Below are positions 1 to 8,940 of a stretch of DNA of 59,105 bases, piece after piece. This DNA comes from Promethearchaeota archaeon (lineage in GTDB: Archaea; Asgardarchaeota; Lokiarchaeia; Sigyniarchaeales; SOKP01). Position 1 is the stretch's first letter; the number at the start of each line of letters is the position of its first letter. The notes beneath the pieces are model-generated. The model was not told where the DNA came from and ran no database searches. It saw only the letters and a list, made by a program, of their open reading frames with translations. A program made the position numbers and the translations under genes. The DNA is taken from positions 1 to 59,105 of the forward strand of contig JAUVNS010000022.1 in NCBI GenBank assembly GCA_030599585.1. Direction: 5' to 3'.

Positions 1-2
1 CA

Positions 3-227
3 TTTTCATATAAAATTGAGAATAATGATGAATATTTTACTGAAACATTATATTTTAAAGGATTTTTTAAAGCTGCATTAGTTCTTTTAGAATCAAATGA
101 ACTCATTGAATTAATTGGCGAGGAGTATGAAGGAACTGACTCCAAAACCCTCTGTAGAATTAGAGATTATCTAAAGATTCTTGATTTTATAAAGAGGTAT
201 TCTATTAATTATTTATTATATCAGTAA
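3..227 (+). CDS. Partial hypothetical protein (5' truncated by window edge)
   Basis: Open frame from position 3 (FSYKIENNDEYF...) to TAA at 225-227, translated by hand. Confidence 0.55.
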   Translation, partial: FSYKIENNDEYFTETLYFKGFFKAALVLLESNELIELIGEEYEGTDSKTLCRIRDYLKILDFIKRYSINYLLYQ

Positions 228-287
228 GCTAACTTTTAATAATCTTCCGTCCCCGTGATGCCCCCTCCTCATGAATAGGAATAAAAT

Positions 288-2471
288 CTAATCGTCAATG
301 TAAATCTTTTCGTAAAGTTTTTTGTTCAGTTCGTCAACAAATTGCGATAATGCATTCTCATTCCCGTCATCGTCAAGTTCAGCGGATGCTAAATACAAGT
401 CTTCTTCTGTCCTGGTCACTGCTACATAAAAAATTCGTCGTTCTTCTTCTAAATCTTCTTGTCTTTTAAGAGATAAATAATCTGGAAAGAAACCATCAGT
501 TAACATTGGCATAAAAACAGTATTCCACTCCAATCCTTTCGCCCTATGAATCGTTGATATCACTAATCTTGATTCTTTTTCATTTATGGTTCTATTTTGA
601 TCGTATTCACTTTCGTTAAGGCTTAAATGATTGAGGAACTCTCCAAGGGTTCGAAATCGAGTTGTCATCTCGATTAATAACTTGATATCATTGATTTTTT
701 TTTCAAAATCTTGTTCTTGTTCTTTTTCTTTATACTTACCCTCGAAAACATTATAAATCACTTTCCTTTGTATTAGGGCTTTTATCATATCTCCCACTGT
801 TCCCTTTAGTGATAACAGAATTTTCATAATTCTAACAATGTTATGAACTGGAGGTCTCCTATTAAACACACCTTTATGCTTTAATAAATCAATCTTACGA
901 GTAAGAGAGAGGGGATTTGAAATAACGTCAAATGGGGCTTTCGATTTAATTATAATTTCGTCATAAATCTTGTCGCTATTGGTCTTTCCAAGACCTTCAA
1001 TGTATTTTGTTGCAATACGAGCAAAATATTTTTTAGCAAACATACCCTTAGGATCGTATCGGAAACGGAGGAACGCCAAAATGTCCCTTATGTGCATTTT
1101 TTCAAAAAAAGTCTGACCGCCACGAACTTCATAAGGAATATCTTCTTTTGTCAAATTGAAAATTAATCGATGGTAATGTTGAATTTCTGGCTTATCTCCT
1201 TTGAGAGCCCTAAATAATATCGCTATCTTTTCATAAGGAATGCCGTTGGCATGAACATTCTTGACCTTCTCTACCAAATAATCCACTAGTTTATAATTAT
1301 TCTTCGCAATAATTAACCGTGGTTTATGTAAGCCTGGTTTATTAGGTTTCATTTCTTTAGGGAACTGAAATTTATTGTGATTTATCGAGTCGTTAGCAAG
1401 GGCAAGGATCTCTGGTGAACTTCTATAATTTATTGAGATCGTGAATTCTTCAACATTTTCAAAATTATCCTTAAAATTTAGAAAATTCCTGAAATCAGCA
1501 CCTCGAAAAGCGTAAATGCTCTGTGCATCATCCCCCACTGCTAATAAGCAATGTTCTTCATTCAGTTTAGATAATTTTTGAATTATTTCGTCTTGGATGT
1601 AATTAGTATCTTGATATTCATCAACTAGAATATATTTGAATTTCTTAGCAAATTCTTTAACATCCGCATCGTCAAGTAACCGATTCCAAAAAAATAATAG
1701 ATCATCAAAGTCAAACATAAATTTCTTCATTTTTTTATTAGTGTATCTATTTGCAATTTCATATATCTGGTCAAACTGAGCGCCATATTCTTGAAACTTC
1801 CATTGAATAACATTTTTTAGAGTTTTGTTACAGTTAACCCTAGCAGATATGATTTGCCTAATAGCGTTAGCAGTAGGATAAGAATCTTTTATATCTTTGA
1901 AAATCTCATCTTCTTCCTCGGGATCTATGTTGGCATACGCTTCATTAGTCAATAGCTCGTTATTACATGCATCATCTATGCACATATCAATGAAATCGTT
2001 AGTCTGTGAAGTATTCATAATAGTATAGTTTTCGAATTTAATCTTTTTTTTAAATCGTTTTAAAAATACCCTATGAGCAATAGAATGGAATGTCCCCGCC
2101 GTGATTCCAACAGGCATCACGCCCAGTAGTTCTTTTACACGATTTATCATCTCTTTGGCGGCTTTATTCGTGAAAGTAACTAACATAATTTCTGATGGTT
2201 CAGCTCCCATTTCAAGTAGTCTTGCTACGCTATAAGTTATAACTCTGGTCTTTCCTGTTCCTGCTCCAGATTTTACCAACATATTACCAGTTAAATTGGA
2301 TACGACTTTTTGTTGTTCAAGATTTAACACTCTCTTGTAATCAATTTTTTTATACGGGTTTTTTTGTTTTTCATTAAAAGAATCTCGGATATTATCAACT
2401 TTTCTCGGTGGAGATCTTCTATTTAACCAAACTTCGAGGGAATTAGTATCTTTTTTTTGTCGCTTCGTCAT
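288..2471 (-). CDS. uvrD: SF1 ATP-dependent DNA helicase, UvrD/PcrA/Rep family
   Basis: SGAGTGKT Walker A, TFTNKAA, GTFHS, LVDEYQDTN, VGDDAQSIYAFRGA, NYRS, STIHRAKGLEW, EEERRIFYVAVTR. Confidence 0.95.
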   Translation of the reverse strand: MTKRQKKDTNSLEVWLNRRSPPRKVDNIRDSFNEKQKNPYKKIDYKRVLNLEQQKVVSNLTGNMLVKSGAGTGKTRVITYSVARLLEMGAEPSEIMLVTFTNKAAKEMINRVKELLGVMPVGITAGTFHSIAHRVFLKRFKKKIKFENYTIMNTSQTNDFIDMCIDDACNNELLTNEAYANIDPEEEDEIFKDIKDSYPTANAIRQIISARVNCNKTLKNVIQWKFQEYGAQFDQIYEIANRYTNKKMKKFMFDFDDLLFFWNRLLDDADVKEFAKKFKYILVDEYQDTNYIQDEIIQKLSKLNEEHCLLAVGDDAQSIYAFRGADFRNFLNFKDNFENVEEFTISINYRSSPEILALANDSINHNKFQFPKEMKPNKPGLHKPRLIIAKNNYKLVDYLVEKVKNVHANGIPYEKIAILFRALKGDKPEIQHYHRLIFNLTKEDIPYEVRGGQTFFEKMHIRDILAFLRFRYDPKGMFAKKYFARIATKYIEGLGKTNSDKIYDEIIIKSKAPFDVISNPLSLTRKIDLLKHKGVFNRRPPVHNIVRIMKILLSLKGTVGDMIKALIQRKVIYNVFEGKYKEKEQEQDFEKKINDIKLLIEMTTRFRTLGEFLNHLSLNESEYDQNRTINEKESRLVISTIHRAKGLEWNTVFMPMLTDGFFPDYLSLKRQEDLEEERRIFYVAVTRTEEDLYLASAELDDDGNENALSQFVDELNKKLYEKIYIDD

Positions 2472-2695
2472 TTTTATGAAGTTTTATCTTTACAAATATA
2501 TACTCGTTCTTTTATTTAAATTGAAATATTTATTAAAAAATATCATAATGCTTTGATTTTATAATACCGTACAGATTATTATTCTTAAAATCTGAGTAAA
2601 TCTTAGGCTTTCTATTTTCCAATCTCAATGTAATGTATTTTTAGCCTTAAAGAAAATCTGTTTTCCCATTTTAGTACCTTTTTTATCATAATTAT

Positions 2696-2845
2696 TCAAA
2701 TTTTGGCGCCAAAAGCTCTTAGTCTAATGTCATCTTTTATAAAATCTGATTTAGTAGTATAAGTTGATTGTTCTGAATCTATCAACTTCTCTATTTCTTC
2801 AATTAGTTTTTTAGAAATAGAAACTGAAATATAATTTTTCTCCAT
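2696..2845 (-). CDS. Small ribbon-helix-helix (CopG/MetJ-like) protein, 49 aa, absent from ORF track
   Basis: Hand translation MEKNYISVSISKKLIEEIEKLIDSEQSTYTTKSDFIKDDIRLRAFGAKI; beta strand ISVSI plus helix ending SDFIKD. Confidence 0.6.
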   Translation of the reverse strand: MEKNYISVSISKKLIEEIEKLIDSEQSTYTTKSDFIKDDIRLRAFGAKI

Positions 2846-3136
2846 ATCTTCTCTATCACCTCTTTATCTTCTAAGTCTTTATATTGTTTATAATAAACCC
2901 ACATATAATAGTAAATAAGGACTCTTGATTTTCATTAAAGTATTTTAGTTGGTCACAATGATTTGTGAACATAAACCATCAATATCTCTTCCAATAATCC
3001 TACCTATTGTTTCGATAATTCTGGAATCCCTAAAGATGCATTTAAGGTCGTGAAATTTTTTTCACTATTTTGATTGGATTCCGTTTTAATCACACTTTTA
3101 TCTCCAAAACTTTCTAATTTTTAAAATAAGTTCTTT

Positions 3137-4111
3137 TCATATATGGGAAGTATTTTTTATAGCAGGAAGGAACATTTTAAACTTTCTCCCGTCCCTTAAA
3201 ATCCACTTAGGAAGGACTCGATGTCCAAAATGTTGGAATGCTTTAGTAATTTCATATATAGATATAGAAGTATTTCCAATTTCTTTACTCGTAGCATTAA
3301 ATATACAAGAAGCAATTAGAGAAACGTGATTTATGACTTTATTTTCTTTAACGATATTTTTATAACTTTCAACAGCATTGCTTGTTAGCTTATTATTAAG
3401 GTTAAGAAATAAAGATATAAAATTGAGAGTATTTAACATTTTATGTTTCGTTATATTATTTTTAATTCTTAGAAATTCATCGCTATTCCTTTTCAATCTT
3501 TTAAATAGATTTTGTTTATTTGAATTGAACCGTTTGCCATTCTTACGATTTAATAACAAGAAATGTCTGTTATTTGAATTGAAAAAACTATCATTCTTAC
3601 GACTTAACAACATGAAATGTGGGATATTCAGACTTTGTAATTCGTCCAAAGTAAAAAAATCCAAATATCCTTGGTTAAGCAAAAATAATTGAACTGGAAG
3701 ATACCCACTTTCAAGCCTTCTGGCAACTTCTTCTTTAAACACTTTTTTTGCTTGAGGATCACCAGCTTGGGATAATCTATTTAATAGTGGAAACGCTAAA
3801 TTAGAATGAAGTAAACGAGTATCGTAATTGTGTTCTACCCATGTCTGGAGATTGGAACAATAGCCCCAAAATTCTTGCTCAGGAGTTATAAAAATTCTTG
3901 AAACCGGGAAGGAGCGGCGATATGTTTTAATTGTCTCGTCAATAGGATTAATCTCATCTAATTCTTCTAATCTATTGACTGGAAGATTGAAGACTACCCG
4001 CTTACATTGATTAAATAATCTTCCCTTGACATAAATAATTGTTTTTCCATTTTCCAATCTCAGCGTAATGTAATCATTTACTTCAAAAAAGACTTCTTGT
4101 TCTTTTTTCAT
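3137..4111 (-). CDS. Protein with Lokiarchaeia-type N-terminal domain and probable TFB/cyclin-like C-terminal domain
   Basis: N-term FEVNDYITLRLENGKTIIYV...EFWGYCSNLQTWVEHNYDTRLLHSNLAFPLL resembles the domain I recall from Loki LRR proteins; C-term SLIASCIFNAT...ISIYEI resembles a TFB cyclin repeat. Confidence 0.55.
   Translation of the reverse strand: MKKEQEVFFEVNDYITLRLENGKTIIYVKGRLFNQCKRVVFNLPVNRLEELDEINPIDETIKTYRRSFPVSRIFITPEQEFWGYCSNLQTWVEHNYDTRLLHSNLAFPLLNRLSQAGDPQAKKVFKEEVARRLESGYLPVQLFLLNQGYLDFFTLDELQSLNIPHFMLLSRKNDSFFNSNNRHFLLLNRKNGKRFNSNKQNLFKRLKRNSDEFLRIKNNITKHKMLNTLNFISLFLNLNNKLTSNAVESYKNIVKENKVINHVSLIASCIFNATSKEIGNTSISIYEITKAFQHFGHRVLPKWILRDGRKFKMFLPAIKNTSHI
3516..3620. repeat. 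In-frame 54-bp tandem duplication (18-aa repeat) inside the 3137..4111 ORF
   Basis: ttatttgaattgaa...cattcttacga.ttaa.aaca.gaaatgt starts at 3516 and again at 3570; protein HFMLLSRKNDSFFNSNNR / HFLLLNRKNGKRFNSNKQ. Confidence 0.85.
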
Positions 4112-4118
4112 TTAGCGC

Positions 4119-4580
4119 TTACCTCTCTAAAAAACAATTCAAATCCTCAACTAATTTAATTACAAGTTCTTCACTCAATTCCGATTTCAGTTCCTTAAAA
4201 AAGGAGGGGTGAAAACGAAACTTTGAATCTGTATAATCGATATCGCCGATATTATCGAAAAACGACTCAAAATCATAGTCGTGTTGTTTTTCAAACTCGT
4301 AAAAGACGTTACAGATTAAGTAATATCGAATTAATCCATTGATGTTTTCACGAGGAATCTCGAATATTTTTTCCTTTAAATCTACTATAAAATTATTGAA
4401 GAGATTAGAACCGTACTTTTCCTCAAACTTAATGATGAAGTTCTCAATATATTTTAAATCAATATCATTACACTCCAAGAGGTTCGTCAATACTTTCTTT
4501 TCAAACGAGCTATCTACCACCTCTAATTTATCATGTTTCACCTCAGAGATTTCCTTTTTATCTTCTTGGTAGTTATTCAT
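4119..4580 (-). CDS. Hypothetical protein
   Basis: 153-aa ORF in a tightly packed minus-strand run. Confidence 0.6.
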   Translation of the reverse strand: MNNYQEDKKEISEVKHDKLEVVDSSFEKKVLTNLLECNDIDLKYIENFIIKFEEKYGSNLFNNFIVDLKEKIFEIPRENINGLIRYYLICNVFYEFEKQHDYDFESFFDNIGDIDYTDSKFRFHPSFFKELKSELSEELVIKLVEDLNCFLER

Positions 4581-4659
4581 TTTCTCTTATACTCCTTCTT
4601 GCTATAGATTTCATTAATCGATTCAGGTATTTTGAGATGCCTTTTTTAAACATAGATTA

Positions 4660-5475
4660 TCAGTTAGCTACATCTAATAGTTCCTGAATATTTCTTTCTA
4701 AACTATGAATAGTAGCTATAGTAACGCCATATCCAATACTTTTCATCATATAACTTGCCTCTCGTAGTGATATAGAAGGTTCGCATAACCTTAAAGCAAC
4801 CGCTATTCTGCTACTTCGACTAACTGCCTTGTTAATCTTAAAAACACATTTTTCAACAATTTTAATACTTTTTAGCAATTCTTCTTTATCTATCCAATTA
4901 AATTGTTCTATCAAGTGTAATGCTATAATCCGATGTTCTCTACAAGCATAAATTATACAAGCTTCTATTTGAGTAAGATTATCAAGATCTACTTTTTCTC
5001 TTAATTCTGATAACTTCTTCTCTTGTTTTGAAAGTAACCTTCTATTTTTATTTACTAAAGCTGATTTCTCAACTCTAGGTTTCCTCTTAAGTTTAGTATA
5101 TTTTAGATATTCTTTAAATCCGATTCTAAACATTTTAACCACTATAAGTGTAGAAATACCTAATTCTTCTGCAATATCGTCCAAAGTTTTTTGTTTCTTC
5201 CTTAATTCAACAGCTTTTTCGAATAATTCGCGCCTTTCTTCTAGATATTCTTCTTCAGTCATCCGTGGTCCAATAGGGCGATAAGGAGCAAAATTTTTAT
5301 ATTCTGGAAAAAACATTGTCAACAATTTCGATATCGTTTGAACACAAAGATTTGTTTTTTTAGATATTTCACGCAAACTTAATCGTTGTTTGCGAAAGTT
5401 TATGATTCTTTCTATCAAATCACCATATACAAGCCTATAATCTTTTTTAGGCAATTTTAATTCTGTTTTACTCAT
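4660..5475 (-). CDS. Multi-HTH DNA-binding protein with possible cyclin-like C-terminus
   Basis: Two HTH repeats (LSLREISKKTNLCVQTISK; TLDDIAEELGISTLIV) and terminal ISLREAS...GVTIATI. Confidence 0.55.
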   Translation of the reverse strand: MSKTELKLPKKDYRLVYGDLIERIINFRKQRLSLREISKKTNLCVQTISKLLTMFFPEYKNFAPYRPIGPRMTEEEYLEERRELFEKAVELRKKQKTLDDIAEELGISTLIVVKMFRIGFKEYLKYTKLKRKPRVEKSALVNKNRRLLSKQEKKLSELREKVDLDNLTQIEACIIYACREHRIIALHLIEQFNWIDKEELLKSIKIVEKCVFKINKAVSRSSRIAVALRLCEPSISLREASYMMKSIGYGVTIATIHSLERNIQELLDVAN

Positions 5476-5527
5476 ATATCAATACCAGTTTATGCTTTTC
5501 TCTATGGAATCGAATTTTTTTAACTTT

Positions 5528-5995
5528 TCATGCTGGGAAAAAATATTTTTCATTGACTTTTAAATTATTCTCGTTTAAAAAATGCTTGAAATCTAAAACC
5601 GACTGAGTATATTGATCTATAACATCCTTGCACAATTGGGTAATTTTTTCTGTATACTCAACGATTTTTCTAACATCTTTATAAAACACTTCGTCTAAAC
5701 TAAGAGTGAGTTCTTCTAATTGATTCGAGAAATCGAGGGCAATATCTCTAAGTTGAGGGTATTCTTTATCAATTTTTGGCGTGAAACATAATATATTCGG
5801 CTTAAAATCTCCTTCTAAAAATTCACAATAGTAAAAATTCAAATCGTTTTCGGCATTTTCGTCTTTGGATTTACATTCACAGAGTTGACATAACTCTGGA
5901 ACACCTATTAAATTATCTTGAGTTTTAATTCCATTTGTTTTACTAATTTCCTGCTCATTTTCATTCAATTGTAATTCCCTCCCTTTTTCCTTCAT
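5528..5995 (-). CDS. Hypothetical Cys-containing protein
   Basis: 155-aa ORF with CQLCEC motif. Confidence 0.55.
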   Translation of the reverse strand: MKEKGRELQLNENEQEISKTNGIKTQDNLIGVPELCQLCECKSKDENAENDLNFYYCEFLEGDFKPNILCFTPKIDKEYPQLRDIALDFSNQLEELTLSLDEVFYKDVRKIVEYTEKITQLCKDVIDQYTQSVLDFKHFLNENNLKVNEKYFFPA

Positions 5996-6066
5996 TTAAG
6001 GTTTTTTTATGGACAAAATTTTTCACTTAATTCACATCCGAGACTTCTTTTACCTCTTAGATTTGT

Positions 6067-6603
6067 TTAAAAATTATTTTCCTTAATTTCTACGATTTTA
6101 ATTTTTGTACCCCGGAAGAGCACAATTTCTTTTTCATCAAATCCGATAGTTAGTTCGCAGTTTTTAAGTATAGTTACCTTCCAATCAACATCTTTTTTAA
6201 AGGCTAAACCTGTTATTTGATAGATGGTCTTGGGATTATTTTCCTCAAATGGTAATACCTCAAATGGATATTCAGAATCTAGGCACCATACCCATACATC
6301 AGAATCATATGGTCTTGTAACTCTTATCCCTTTTTCAATATTTTTTTGAGCCTCCCAAAAACTATAAATTTTGAAAGGATCACTAAATGATTGGTAAATA
6401 TCAACCAATTTATTAAATTGTTCTGTAATCTCCCCTTCAAGCAGTTTTATAGCTTCTAGTTTTGATATTTTTTTAGAATAAGCAATAGTATCTACATGGG
6501 TCTTAAGTTGATCCGGATAAAAATTCCCCCATTCTTTTAAAAATTGGGGGAAATAACCTTTCATTTCTTCCGGATTCTGTATTTTTAATTTTAAAAAATC
6601 CAT
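6067..6603 (-). CDS. Hypothetical protein with possible ADP-ribosyltransferase-like C-terminus
   Basis: C-term DEKEIVLFRGTKIKIVEI resembles the ExE-containing last strands of ART folds. Confidence 0.3.
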   Translation of the reverse strand: MDFLKLKIQNPEEMKGYFPQFLKEWGNFYPDQLKTHVDTIAYSKKISKLEAIKLLEGEITEQFNKLVDIYQSFSDPFKIYSFWEAQKNIEKGIRVTRPYDSDVWVWCLDSEYPFEVLPFEENNPKTIYQITGLAFKKDVDWKVTILKNCELTIGFDEKEIVLFRGTKIKIVEIKENNF

Positions 6604-6609
6604 TTATTA

Positions 6610-6993
6610 TCACCCCTCGGTTTGCTCAAACTCGACGCGATAAATTATTTTGCTTTTTTTACCGCATTCCCCGCATATGGCGGAAACATCAAGAAATTCA
6701 CCATCATATCCCCATGGGGCATTATCTAACTCAAGAGATTCACCTATTTTGCAATGGGGGCACATATCCGGGAAATATGAAATCTCTATAATTCCTTTCT
6801 TTTGATTAATTTTGCTTTCGAAACTATATTTATTCATATTATCTCGCTTTCCTGCATGAACTTTTATAATTTTCATTACAGCATTAAAAAATCGCACGAT
6901 ATCACTCACAGATGGACTAAAATGTGCCAGATTTAAACCATCAATATTAATCTCATTTTCATCCTGGTGTTCATTCATTTCTGAAAACCTCAC
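6610..6993 (-). CDS. Zn-ribbon protein
   Basis: CPHC...CGEC. Confidence 0.55.
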   Translation of the reverse strand: MRFSEMNEHQDENEINIDGLNLAHFSPSVSDIVRFFNAVMKIIKVHAGKRDNMNKYSFESKINQKKGIIEISYFPDMCPHCKIGESLELDNAPWGYDGEFLDVSAICGECGKKSKIIYRVEFEQTEG

Positions 6994-7002
6994 TTTCTTC
7001 CT

Positions 7003-7434
7003 CTATAATTTTTTGATTGTTTTAAACTTATTAGAACTATTATTCAACTGTAAATACTCCAACTGGGCAATTACATTGTTTAATAATTGTACTCGATTTT
7101 CTTCACCCTCTATTGAAATCCTCATTCCAATACATTTATTCATTATAAAAAGTTTATTCATTCCAGGAGGATAATATAATATATATAAGTAAGCAGGTTG
7201 GAACTCAATATTCAATTTATTACATATTTTCGATAAAATGCGTTTTTGTTTTTTATTTAAGCGAATAAATACAATATACAACGGAGATATCTCACCCCGC
7301 CGAATCTTTCCCCCTTGACACGATTCTCCTGTTTCATACCCATTTTCGTTAAACCACTTTATGTGATCGTAAATTTGCTCATCAATTTCAGTGTCGTGCC
7401 TATTAATATATAACATTTTATGAATATGTCTCAT
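7003..7434 (-). CDS. Hypothetical protein, Tyw3 N-terminal-like motif
   Basis: IDEQIYDHIKWFNENGYETGESCQG matches the D-x-x-I...N-x-x-G-x-x-T-x-x-SC-x-G pattern. Confidence 0.4.
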   Translation of the reverse strand: MRHIHKMLYINRHDTEIDEQIYDHIKWFNENGYETGESCQGGKIRRGEISPLYIVFIRLNKKQKRILSKICNKLNIEFQPAYLYILYYPPGMNKLFIMNKCIGMRISIEGEENRVQLLNNVIAQLEYLQLNNSSNKFKTIKKL

Positions 7435-7485
7435 GACTTTTTGCCCCCCGTTTGGATTTTTTTTATATCCGGAGGTTCTATCACT

Positions 7486-7698
7486 TTAATTTGCTCCTTT
7501 TCTCATTATTCGATTTACCAAGTTTTTAATTTCCTTTACCAAATTTTTTTTAACCGGACCTATTTTTACTAAAGCGTTTGCGAAGGACACCACAAAAAAT
7601 AATGCCCATAAAATCAGTAAGATCGTCGTCGATAAAACTAACACAGAGAACGCTAAAAAACCTCGATTTTCTATTTTTTCTCTCTTTCTTTTATCCAT
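7486..7698 (-). CDS. Small single-pass membrane protein
   Basis: Hydrophobic stretch FLAFSVLVLSTTILLILWALFFVVSF flanked by basic residues. Confidence 0.5.
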   Translation of the reverse strand: MDKRKREKIENRGFLAFSVLVLSTTILLILWALFFVVSFANALVKIGPVKKNLVKEIKNLVNRIMRKGAN

Positions 7699-7722
7699 TA
7701 TTTCATGACTTTATACAATTTT

Positions 7723-8316
7723 CTATATTTGATCGATTGATTTAGCTATTTTTGAAAAGTCCTTATACTTGTCAAGGAATTCAAATTCACCCTTTTTAAT
7801 TTGGCCTACAATGTCTTTTATAGACCATTTCATTATATCTTCCATAAATTCTTCAGGGGTCGAATGGATTTCATTGCATAAATCCTCAACTGCTTTTGAG
7901 ATCGATGTAGGAATTTCTGCATTAATTATACTTTTTTTCTCAGATAATTCGTGAGGAATATCAGGTGGTTGTATTCCAGCCAATTTTGAAACATCGTAAT
8001 ATCTACCAATAAGATCAAATTTATTGGATTTTATATCCTCTCTAATATCGTACAAATCGTAACTAATAGTATTTATAACAAATTCGTTTAATTCTATAAA
8101 AAAAGATTCGCAAAATACCCGAATTTTTCTTATGATCTCTTTACTAAAGCGTAATGAAAATCTCATTTTATTTTCTGGTAAGATTAAAACATTCGAATTT
8201 TCAATTTCATTTTGCTCGATCATCTGAATTTGCTCCTTAGTGATTCTTTTTAAATCTATAATGCCGTTTTCTTGAGTTGCTAACTTGAATTTTAATTTTA
8301 ATTTCCGTGAATCCAT
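7723..8316 (-). CDS. Protein with two RHH-like repeats
   Basis: RFSLRFSKEII...NEFVINTI...DIRED.K...FDLI..Y.DVSKLA repeated as INAEIPTSI...EEFMEDIM...DIVGQ.K...FEFL..Y.DFSKIA. Confidence 0.45.
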   Translation of the reverse strand: MDSRKLKLKFKLATQENGIIDLKRITKEQIQMIEQNEIENSNVLILPENKMRFSLRFSKEIIRKIRVFCESFFIELNEFVINTISYDLYDIREDIKSNKFDLIGRYYDVSKLAGIQPPDIPHELSEKKSIINAEIPTSISKAVEDLCNEIHSTPEEFMEDIMKWSIKDIVGQIKKGEFEFLDKYKDFSKIAKSIDQI

Positions 8317-8589
8317 TTAGTTCGTAAACCTTATCTGTTATATTATCATACCACGCTTCATAATCGTTAGTGTTCTTTTTGTCTTCTATTTTTCCATTAA
8401 TTCTTAATTCGCAAATATACTGTGTATTTGTATCGGAGAATGTAGCCTTTTGATTAAACATTATATTGAATTTTTGATTATATTTTTATAAGCTAAAAGG
8501 ACTTTAGGAACTTATTTTGTCTAAATTCGATTAATATTATTTTACTTTTTATTATTTTATGATAATATTACTATTAATAATAATATCAT

Positions 8590-8618
8590 ATAGTAATAAT
8601 ATTTGTTATTATTACTAT
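8590..8618. promoter_or_regulatory. 12-bp inverted repeat (candidate operator) in divergent promoter
   Basis: atagtaataata-tttgt-tattattactat, perfect IR upstream of the RHH gene at 8691; very AT-rich context lowers significance. Confidence 0.4.
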
Positions 8619-8690
8619 TAGTTAATATGAAAATTTAAATGTTATTATGAGGTAATAATATATAATATCCAAACAAAAAATAAGGATAAG

Positions 8691-8918
8691 GTGGTTAAAG
8701 TACCAGGATTTTCTGTGTCGTTAAGTAAAGAGTTGTATAGAAAATTACTTAAATTAGAAGATGAAGAAGGAAAAACAACTTCAGGAATAATAAGCGAGAT
8801 TTTAGAAATATTTCTTAATAATAAAGTCTTCCAAAAACTGCATGAAATGAAAATAGAAAAAGATATTGATTTCGCAAAGAATCTTCAAGTAATTTTTCAA
8901 AGGGGTTTAGAAGAATAA
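8691..8918 (+). CDS. Ribbon-helix-helix transcription regulator
   Basis: FSVSLSKELYRKLLKL...TTSGIISEILE. Confidence 0.6.
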   Translation: MVKVPGFSVSLSKELYRKLLKLEDEEGKTTSGIISEILEIFLNNKVFQKLHEMKIEKDIDFAKNLQVIFQRGLEE

Positions 8919-8940
8919 TCTCCTTTTAATCTTTAATACT

